Made by a program: the position numbers and the translations under genes. Shown piece after piece: positions 27,720 to 40,200 of a stretch of 64,000 bases of DNA; position 1 is the stretch's first letter; each line of letters starts with the position of its first letter. The notes beneath the pieces were generated by a model. That model worked only from the letters and a program-made list of their open reading frames with translations. It ran no database searches and had not been told where the DNA came from. Source of the stretch: Octopus sinensis (Eukaryota). The stretch lies in NCBI RefSeq assembly GCF_006345805.1, contig NC_042998.1, positions 179,304,001-179,368,000 of the forward strand, in the 5' to 3' direction.

Positions 27720-30700
27720 AATGATGATGATGATACAGGTATAATATTTTTAAAATAAATTATTGTTTCTACTAGAAAATCCAAGGTAGTGTATTTAACA
27801 AGAATTATGGTTTTTTTGATATAACACTAATTATAAAATGCAATATTTATTATACTGTATGCTATATTATATTCAAGATTCATACATTTTAAATATGTAT
27901 ATATTATTATAAATATATAGAAATGAAAGCATAATTTGATGCATCACCACTAAAAGATTCATTCATCCTGTATATCAAGCATATACATCCTGTTGGGTTT
28001 GATGTATCTCTATAATATTGATTTTTACTTACAGAAGGACATAATGAGTATAAGAAGTAAGAAGCGAAAGAGCTTAATTGAGAATTGAACCTTGAGTTTA
28101 CTACTACTCCCCATTATCTGTAGTCTTCATCTCATCCTCATATCTGCCACAACATATTCATATATGTAAACAACATCGTTTCACTGGTACCTGTGTCGGT
28201 GGCACGCGTAAAAAGATTCGAGCGAGGTCATTGCCAGTACTGCCTACTGGCCCCCATGCAGGTGGCATGTAAAAAAGCACCCATTACACTCTCGCAGTGG
28301 TTGGCGTTAGGAAGGGCATCCAGCTGTGGAAACTCTGCCAGATCAAGACTGGAGCCTGGCGGAGCCATCTGGTTGCCAGCCCTCAGTCAAAACCGCCCAA
28401 CCCATGCTAGCATGGAAAATGGACGTTAAATGATGATGATGATGATGATGATAAGTGCACATACATACATAATTACACAGAAAAATGGAACCAACCTGTA
28501 GAATCGAAGAGCAGATTTTCCTCTTAGTTTGCCATTAAACTGGTATGGTTCTATCTCTTTTATATTATGGACACTCCGTGTCTGGTTGCTAATAAATCCA
28601 AAATTAGTTTGTATTTCATTATAGTCCAAAAGGTTTGAGCATCGATGCTGGCCAATTCTGGTTCCATCCGGGCTGAGAATAAGTTCAAAATTGGATAAAT
28701 GTCTTGTTGAAATTGCTGGTAGCATCCCATCTTGATGTGGAACAGTGACTGTAATTTGTATCTTGTTGGCATAAACAGAATCCTGAGAGCCTGGTAATGA
28801 TAAAGTTTTAAAATCTAATATGAACATTGAATAACTAAGTAACTCTGAAGTCTGTCGATATTAGCAGAAATTGTGATTTTGTCAATGTTTGAATTAATAG
28901 GCTGGATTCTATATATTTTCCATTTACTGGTTCTTTATACTATTACTACTATTTTACTATTTTACTTGTTTCAGTCATTTGACTGTGGCCATGCTGGAGC
29001 ACCGCCTTTAGTCGAGCAAATCGACCCCAGGACTTATTCTTTGTAACCCTAGTACTTATTCTATCGGTCGCTTTTTTGCCGAACTGCTAAGTTACGGTGA
29101 CGTAAACACACCAGCATCGGTTGTCAAGCGATGTTGTGGGGGACAAAGACAGACACACAAACATATACACACACACACATATATATATACATATATACGA
29201 CGGGCTTCTTTCAGTTTCCGTCTACCAAATCCACTCACAAGGCTTTGGTCGACCTGAGCTATAGTAGAAGACACTTGTCCAAGGTGCCATGCAGTGGGAC
29301 TGAACCCGGAACCATGTGGTTCATAAACAAGCTACTTACCACACAGCCACTCCTACGCCTATTATATGAAATATTATCTATAAATATTGGCCAATTTTGG
29401 TGTAAGTCACAAAATAAAGAGGAATCATAGTGCAGATCACAAAACGTAAAGTTATCATAAAATAATTGATCACAAAATGTGGGTGAAGGGCTGTATGTGG
29501 GTCACGAAATACAAAATGTGGTAGTCTTCTTGTTTTGACCATAAATGTAGTGTTGTCAGGTTTAAATTTACAATCTAGTCATTGGATGACTTTAGCAGAG
29601 TTGCTCTGTTGTAATTATTCAAATGAGGACTCAATTCCCACCCTCCCCATATTTTCTTGCAGACATTGGCTGGTAGATATAATAATAATAATAATGAAAT
29701 TATTGTATACAGTGCTCATGTGCACCACAACTTGTCAGAAAGAGCGTATAAAGTATATGCAGTAATGTACAAATGTCTGGAAAGCGAACAATGTATGAGT
29801 CAGATACATGCTTGTGTGTGTATGGAGGGGAGAAAATAAGGTGTAGTGTTGGCGAATCTCAGGAAGCATGGAAGTTTTGAAGGATGCAGTGCTCCGACAA
29901 CTAACAACTGATGCCGGCAGTTTGTTCCAAGCTGGGAAATGGTCACACTAATCTCACCAGTCTTGTTGGGGTCCACAAAGGTGACAATAATTTATTGATA
30001 ATAATAATAATCCTGTCTACTATAGGCTCAAAGCCTGAAATTTGGTGGGAGGGGTAAGTCGAGTACATTGACCCCAGTGTGTAACTGATGCTTATTTAAT
30101 TGAGCTTGAAAAGATGAAAGGCCAAGTCGACCTCAGCAGAATTTGAATATATGGATGGAATGAGCTTATTGCGTATAGTGGTTTTTGGACACTACAACTC
30201 ATGAGAAACGGGCCAAGGGGATAGAAAACAACAATAAGTCAAGTAAAGATAGATGACACTGTGTGTGTGTGTGTACTCAAGTACACACACACACACACAC
30301 ACACTCACACAAACACAATTACATACATAGCTGTTATGTGTGTCACATTTAAATAACAAAAACTTTACTTTGACAGTGTATAAGAAAATTTAAAAAAAAA
30401 ATCTTGTTCAACAACTTACTGATGTATCTTAGTTTTGCAGAGAAGGGTTCAAAATCCAGAGAATTGGCATTCTGAGGTTTGCAGAGTCCTTTGCCTGAAC
30501 TGATAGTAGTTGGGGAACTTAAAAGTTCCAAACCAGGGTCACCATCTACATTGACAGCTCGTGCGCCGCACTGAACTTCACTGCCTGAAAAACCACAGAA
30601 AACAAAAAAAAAAAAAAAAGGTTTCAAATGGTGTTTTTCTAACTTTTGTGAAAGAAACAGAATTGGGGATAGTGAGAAGACAATTAAACCCCATTTCATC

Positions 30701-32275
30701 ATCAACATCAGCCTCTGATATCACAAGATATTGAGATCGAGAAGGGTAGCTGCAAATGTCATAGAGGCCAGACTTATTGTTTTTCTTTTACTTGTTTCAG
30801 TCATTTGACTGTGGCCATGCTGGGGTACTGCCTTGAAGGCTTTTAGTCAAATAAATCGACCATGGGACTTATTTTTTAAGCTTAGTATTTATTCTATTGA
30901 TCTCTTTTGCCGAACTGTTAAGTTACAGGGACATAAACACACTGACACCATAACTTAGCAGTCCAACAAAAGAGACTGATAGAATAAGTACTAGACCTCT
31001 AAAGAATAAATCCTGGGGTTGATTTGTTCAACTAAAGGTGGTCCTCCAGCATGGCTACAGTTAAATGATTGAAACAAGAAAAAGAATAAAAGAATATATA
31101 TATACGATGGGCTTCTTTCAGTTTCTGTCTATCAAATCAACTCACAAGACTTTGGTTGGTCCAAGGTTATACTAAAAGATATTTGCTCAAGGTATTACAC
31201 AGTAGGACTGAACCTAGAACCATGTGCTTGGGAAGTCAGTTTCTGACCACTCAGTCACACCTTTGCTTTAGTTCATATATTCAATTTAAATGGAAATTAT
31301 ATATATATATAATGAAAGAAAGGTTTATGTTTTGACTTAAAGAGACTTAAATTATAACATTTGTTAATGGTAATATTTTAGATCAGTGGTTCACTACTGG
31401 GTCCATTATGGCCCATGAGGGTCTACATAAGATTTTGCTGCTAATATTTATGTGCAATAAGTTGGGTATACTTTTACATTACACAAAATATTTCAACAAT
31501 TTTTTTTATACAGTTTGTAATGTCATTTAATTATAAAAATATAACGGGACATTTTTTAAACGTCAAATGTCTATGAGGGTCCAGTTAAGTAAAATAGGAA
31601 TCAAAAGGTCCCATAGGCAAAAAAATTGTTGAGAAACACTGTTTTAGATAAGGCAGAATTCCAATATATCTCTTGATAGAAAAATCCATTTTACCTGGTC
31701 CAAAGTATATACTGTCTAACGTGATTCCTTTTGTGGATGTGAAGAAAGTGTTGGCTTCAACATTACTTAAACCACTAGGAGCATCATCAGGGTGTCTTGG
31801 AGCAGAGACACGCCAGCGGAATCTGGTCAATGTATCATTAATGCCCTCTTTCTCGCAGAGCTTTTTGCTTGTTGAAAAGTCAGGATGTCTTGGATTACAT
31901 GGCTGAAAAGATAATAAATAAAATATAATAACGAGCACTCAGAGAGCGCAAACTTCCACCAAGGCAACACCAATGTCCTCTCAACAATTAGCTAGGGATG
32001 ATTTTTAAAATGAGAATATCTGAAATAAACTGCTCTCACAAACAAGAATACTAAAAAATGAATCCGACCACTCTCAAAACTTGAGTAAAAAAGCAGGAAA
32101 AATAATCCAGAATCCTTGATTGATCCCAAATTCTAATCAGTTCATGCCAGTCACAGGCCAAACATCCCTGAAAGTTTCATCTGAATCCAACCAGCGGTTC
32201 TTGAGATATCTTTTCCGCAGACAAACAAACAAACATAACTGAAAACAATACCTCTGCCTTCACTATGGTGGAGGC

Positions 32276-32329
<54 letters not shown>

Positions 32330-33334
32330 CCTTTCTACTAAAGGCACAAAGCCTGAAATTTGCAAAGAGGGGACTAGTTGATTACATTGACCTCCAATGT
32401 TTCACTGGTACTTAATCTATCAACTCCAAAAGGATGAAAGGCAAAATTGACCATGGCAGAATTTGAACTCAGAACGTAAAGATAGATGAAATGCTGCTAA
32501 ATATTTCGTCCGGCATGCTAATGATTCTGCCCGCTCGCCACCTTAATAACAATGAATAAAAATGAATAAAAGAGAAAAGGATGTTTATAAATTCAATAAA
32601 TCATCATTGGTTTTTGATTCTATGAATCATTGAGAGTTTTCTGAAATAATGAGAAAAACAATATCCTCTTATGTCAATAATAAAAAAAAAATTCTTTTGG
32701 CTGTTTAGAATTTGGTATATACAGTAAATTTTCTGATACATTATTGCTGATATAATAGTAATCATAAACACACGCATACACATTCACACATGCATACAAA
32801 CACACTCTCTCTCTTTCTCCCTCATGCACATACACATGCATGACCATAATAGTATTTGCGTATGAGTGTCATCCACTTCTATATTTCCTGCATTGACTCT
32901 ATACACACACACACATGTACACATTTACATCCATATATATGCTTGCATGTGTGTGTGTTATTCACTCAACGTTTTAGTACATTGACTATACACTCTCTCT
33001 CACACACACACACATACCAATACACACATACATACACATGGATAAGTGAAGGCATGCTACTCTCCCATACTCAACTGAATTAACTAAACACAAGCCAATG
33101 AGCAGGCATCTATGAGGTTGTTCAACCTATGAGAAACAACAACCAAATCCCCTCAAAATCATACCCCATTATTTTAGAAAAGGGCATGTAAATTGTCATC
33201 CTGATTTCCCTGCGTATATGGAATAGATGATATGGCCATGGCTGGAATGATTTTGATCATAGCTCTGCTTGATCAGGGCGACTTGGGACTGACAGCAACA
33301 ACTGAGCACATATATATGTATATACATTGTATAT

Positions 33335-33369
<35 letters not shown>

Positions 33370-33409
33370 CAAACACAGATGCACAAACATATACACAAGC
33401 ACACACATG

Positions 33410-33444
<35 letters not shown>

Positions 33445-34838
33445 GTGTGCGTGTGTGTATATGTTTGTGCATCTGTGTTTGTCTTTCTCCAACATTGCTT
33501 GACAACCAATGCTGATGTGTTTCCATCCCTGTAACTTAGTGGTTCGGCAAAAGAGACCGATAGAGTAAGTACTAGGCTTACAACGAATAAGTCCTGGGGT
33601 CAGTTTGCTCGACTAAAAGTGACTGAAACAAGTAAAAGACATACACACAGGTACACCTCACATACACACAATAACACCATGGGTATGCATGAGAGTGCGT
33701 TTTGCATTCCAACATTTTAATTAAATATTTGAACACACACAGATGCCTACTTACACACATGTATAAATACATACACACACACACACACACTAAATGCATA
33801 CATGCATACATACATTCACACATATGCACACATACATAAATTTATGCATATGTACAGGCATACATGGATACATACATAGACAAGCAGGCATACATACATA
33901 CACATGCATGCAAGTATGCATTCATACACATATGCATGCATGTATACATACATAATGCACTACTACACACATACATATAAAGATATGTATACACACGCAC
34001 TTACACACACACACACGCACAAACACACTGCCATACATACATAGATATATACTACACATACATATATACACACATATATACACACATACATAGATAGACA
34101 CATACATAGTTATGTTCATACATACATGCACACATACATACATAATTAATTAATTAAATAATAAAGGCTCTTGTTATGATTACTAAATTTCATTAAAGCA
34201 AAATAAAAAGATAAGAAATATTTTACAGATTTATAAAAAGAAAAAGGATAAAAGAGGGGGTTTTATTTGGAACAAGGGTTGTTCAGCAAATTATTTTTCC
34301 TGATCAGCAAATTATTTTTCTAACAGGTTATTTATATGAGAGTTGATGAGAGAGAGAGGGGGGGGAGATAGGGAGAGATAGAGAAAAAGACAGAGTGAGA
34401 GTGGGAGAGAGAGAGAGAGAGGGGGAGAGAGAGATAATGAAACAGTAATCATTAATGAGGTGGAGAGAGAATATAGGGAGAGAAATATATGTGTAAATTT
34501 GAAATCAGATACATTGATGCCAACACATACGTGCATGCAAACATACATATGTACATATATACACACACACATACATACATACATATATACATACATATAT
34601 ATACCATCCGATTTTCTGAGTACCTCATTTCTTCTAATACATATATATATAACACACACACACACACACATATATACATGTATGTACATATACATATATA
34701 TGTATATATCGCTATCAGTCTGTCTGTCTGTCTCTTTTCTGTATATATATATATATATATAATATAATATATATATATATATATATTGCTTTTCGATAAA
34801 TGATCTGTTTTTCTTAATATATATATGTGTGTATCATA

Positions 34839-34911
<73 letters not shown>

Positions 34912-35670
34912 TATTGCTTTTCAATAAATGATCTGTTTTTCTTAATATATATATATGTGTGTATCATATATATATATATATAGCTTGGAATATGAGTGTG
35001 TGCATGCAAATGTGCCAGTGTGTGTGTGTGTGTACGTGCGTAATTTTTCATTTAACAAAAAAACAATAGTGATTTTAAATGATTAATCAGATTTTAGTGA
35101 GACATTTCTCCTTGTTGCTGACTCACAAACAATATAAAAATCTATCGTCTCTTGTCTCACTGACTCACTCATAACATAGGATTTCTGATGGCTCCTCTTC
35201 TGCACAAGTATCCTCATTATTCCTTTGTTTTTCCATTCCAGAAGCTATTTGTGCTAATTAACTATATTGTTTTCTCTTTTCAGAGAACACACACACACAC
35301 ACACATACACTTACATACAACCTGTTTCTCTCTCCCTCTCTCTCTCTTGCTTGCTTGTTCTCTCTTTCTTTCCAACATGTATAAATAATATATATATATA
35401 TATATATACATTCATATATATATATATACATACACACATATATATAAGCACATATATATGCATAAATATATATATATACTTACATACATATACATATATA
35501 CACATACATAAATACATATATATACATACATAAATACACATACATAAATACATATATACACATACATAAATACATATATATATAGACATAAATAGACACA
35601 TGAATACATATATACACATACATAAATACATATACATACATACATACATAAATACATAAATACATATACA

Positions 35671-35749
<79 letters not shown>

Positions 35750-36358
35750 CCTGAAGGATGAACTACATATACATCACTTGATATTGTATTTATTAATATT
35801 TTATAATAATTTTTACAAAAGAAGCACATTATAACGAATATATATACATACATATATACATTCATATACATTCATACACATATACATATACATAGTGTGT
35901 GTGTGTGCATATGAAACAAAATCATAAGGGTATATACCTAACCTGTTCCACTGCTCAAAGGTATGAGTATGAAATTTTACACACACACACACAAACACAC
36001 ACACACAAACACACACATACACATACAAACATACATACATATGATGTAGCTGAACTGCATTTCTGTGAAAGAAGCACAATCACCAGCTGTTCCAAAATGC
36101 CATCAAAATATGAAACCCCTTTGCTCTATGGTACAATGTTTTTGCATAAAGAATATACAAAACCATCTGTAGGAATGATTGATTACCCTGTGGCAATTCC
36201 ACTGATGTAGACTGTCTATAGATTTCAACACAAAGAATATTCCAATCAAAACTTCAATCAAATGGAAATGCAACACATTCGATATAATCATCTGGGACAG
36301 AAAACAGGGGAACTTACTTTTCTGTTCTAACACCATTCATGTCTAAGATGTATTTTAT

Positions 36359-36430
<72 letters not shown>

Positions 36431-37061
36431 ATACATACATACATACATATATATATATATATACAAATACATACATACATAAATACATATACATACATAT
36501 ATATATATACATACATATATATATATACAAATACATACATACATATGATATATATATATGCATATATATATATACAAATACATACATAATGATATATATA
36601 TATATAATATATATATATATACAAATACATACATACATAATGATATATATATACTTATATATATACAAATGCATACATACATAATGATATATATATACAT
36701 ATATATAATGATATATATACATCATTATATATATGTATATATATTTAAGATATATCATATAATATTCGTTATATATATTATATATAATATATATATATAT
36801 TTATAACTCTTGGAGTGGTTGGCGTTAGGAAGGGCATCCGGCTGTAGAAACACTGCCAGATCAGACTGGAGCCTGGTGCAGCCTCCTGGCTTCCCAGACC
36901 CTGGTCAAACCGTCCAACCCATGCTATCATGGAAAACAGATGATGATGATGATGATGATATATATATATGTATGTCTATAGATATGTATGCATGTATGTA
37001 TGTGTATATTTATATTATATATATATATTATATAAGTATATATATAGGTATGTATGTATAC

Positions 37062-37100
<39 letters not shown>

Positions 37101-37125
37101 GAAAGAGAGAGAGAGAGAGAGAGAA

Positions 37126-37166
<41 letters not shown>

Positions 37167-37187
37167 TAGACAGACAGACAGACAGAC

Positions 37188-37223
<36 letters not shown>

Positions 37224-40200
37224 CCAATTCTTGATTAGCACTATATTTTATTGACTCTGGAGCAGCCCAGAGGATGACAAGTTCAGAAACTATTGAAGTT
37301 AGAAAAACCAAGTTTTCTAATCAATTATTTCAGTTGTCAACAAAAGGTATCTCATGAGCGAATTACTGATTTCTGATTGTGAACTGAGAAGAGATCTTAT
37401 GCAACTCAATGGAATTTTTTCTCAGAGCATGAGTTCTTCATTTTTGCCATATGTGGTGAAAGATATAAATGAATGAATGAATGTATGTATGTATGTATGT
37501 ATGTATGTCATTATGCAATTTTATTTCAAGATTTAGAGAAAGAGCTGGTATCTAACCTAGATCTAAGACTACTACATCGGAATTTCAACATCAACAACAG
37601 GGTATTTTTGTATGTATGTATGTATGTATGTATGTATGTATATGTGCAGATTTGTATGTTTTGTTTTATGTATGTATTCACATGTATATATTTGCATATC
37701 AAGACATGCTCATATATATTTGAATGATAAACTTCTGGAAAGTTTTACAGATTTTTTTACAGTTCCAGTGCTGGATTGGATCTGTAGTCTTCAAATTAGC
37801 TTTCTCCTTTCTGGTTTAGAGGAGCCTTATTTCTCAAGATTTGTATTTAGGTAGTGAATTACATATCCCAGGACCCCAATAATTACAGGTATAAACCTGA
37901 ACTTGTAATCTGGATGGAGCAACTGCAGATTTCTCAATAGTTCAGCATAGGTATTTTCTTTTTCCAAGATCTTCAGCTTTATGTTAACATATGCTGGGCA
38001 GCTAATTTCCACAACTGTACACAGTTTCTCTTCTTTATCCCTAATCGTCATATCAGGTCTGTTGTGCTTACATTTTATTGAGGTTTTCACTGAGACATTC
38101 CAAAATGAAATGAAGTGCTTTACTCAAGAACACAATGTAATGTTCCTTCTTCCTTCTCGAGACATACCAGGCTCATAAGGGCCAGTTTCCCGGTTTCAGT
38201 GGCGTAGAAATTCCCCACCTGGATGGGACGCTGGTCTGTCGCAGGATTACTCATTTTTGCCAGCTGAGTGGACTGGAGTAATGTGAAAATGAAGTGTTTT
38301 GCTCAAGAACACAATGCATCGCCCGCTCCTGGAATCGAAACCACAACCTAATGATCATGAGTTCAACACCCTAACCACTAAGCCACACACCTCCACACTA
38401 AGCCACATGCTTCCACACTAAGCCACATGCCTCCACAACAATGTAATGCTTAGTCTGGGAATTGAACCCATGATCTCACAATTGTGAGTGCAACACAAAG
38501 CTTTGCACCTTCGCTAGACACACACACACTGCAAAAAACCAATTCTGTTCTGGCCACTTCTCTCATACTTTTACACACCTTTTCCCTCACATCTCTGAGC
38601 ATAAAGCAGTCCTCTTGGGGTTTGTAGTCTTGCAAATTGCACACTGGCCATGCTAGTGCTGGTGGCAGGAAGAAACACCGAGTATACACTGTAAAGTGGT
38701 TGGTGTTAGGAATAGCACCCAACTATATAAACTGTGCCAAAGCAGGTACTGGAACATAATGCAGCCCTTGAGCCCATCAGATCCTGTCAAACCATCCAAC
38801 CCATGTCAGCATGCAACATGGACATTAAGTGGAGATGATGATGATGTTTATATGGTGCTCATCATAACATTAAACAATGTACTGAAGGATAAATTGTTTC
38901 TTAGCTAGATACTACTGGAAAAGTATCTTATAGCCAGTTCTATTTTATAATGCAATATATATGTGTGTGTGTGTGTATTTGAATTTCTACATTTCTGACA
39001 TTCACAGTTATGACCTCAGAAAGAACTCTTATTAATCTATAAGCCATCATCACCCCTAAATCCCCATTAAGTTGTTAGTATTAGAAAGAACTTTCATGTC
39101 TACATAAACCAATTGTGTTAACAACCTTCCAGTAATGGCACAACAAACATACATATTTTCATAACCATTCAACTAATGTTTAACCTGAACAAATCAATAT
39201 ATAGTAAACGTAAAAGTAAAATAATATGCAAAGACAAAAGCAAAACCAAAACCAAAAAAAAAAAAAAAAAAAAAAATTCCAAGAATTCTTCAAATATTCA
39301 AAAGCAATGCTATATTCAGGAAATTCTTCAATTAAATTCCTCCGAGGTAATTTGGTCTCTCATATAATTTAATGATATTGAGTTCAGCTGTAACATGAAC
39401 TATTATAACCGAGAACATATATGCTACTGATACAATTTTACACTATTTATGTCTAGCTAGAGCTTTCTACATGATTTATAAACATAGCCGACTGACATTT
39501 AAGAGCTACAATAGGCCAAATCAATTGTATTGGCCTACTGACTAAACTGGTTGACTTTCATATATCAACTGCTGCTACTGTAATGTATCTATGGCAGGGT
39601 AAGCGATCTAATATGCCACCTGATTTCACATCACTAAGTGGTCTTTAGAGGCCTTTGGTATTGTTCGCTCTGTTGGAAATGTTTTAGAGCATCCATATTT
39701 CTCCTGCAGATATTGACATGCAGATGCAGACACTGACCTGCAGAGGTGGGTATTAGCTGCATCAACCTCACCACACTGGGAGTGCCTTCAAAGATCATGG
39801 CCACTGTCTGTCCTCTCTTATTTATAAAAATGTATTTAGCTCTAAAGGATCTGCACTATCTAGCCACAAATAAGAACTATGATGAGGTGCTACTTATTTA
39901 TTCTGTATAAATATTTTATAAACTTGAATGTGGTTAAGAAGCTGTAGGGACAGGCATAGCTGTGTGGTTATGGAGCTCATTTTGCAACCAAATGGTTTTG
40001 AGTAAAGTTTCACAGAATAGAACCATGGGCAAGTGTCTTCTGCTTTAGCCCTGGGCCAACCAAGGTACTGGGAGTAAATTTGAGTGTGTGTGTGTGCTTG
40101 CTTGTGTTTATCCTCCACCACCACTTGATAACTGGTGTTGGCTTGTTTATATACCTGTAACTTAGAAGTTTAGCAAAAAAGATGGATAAAATATACTAGA

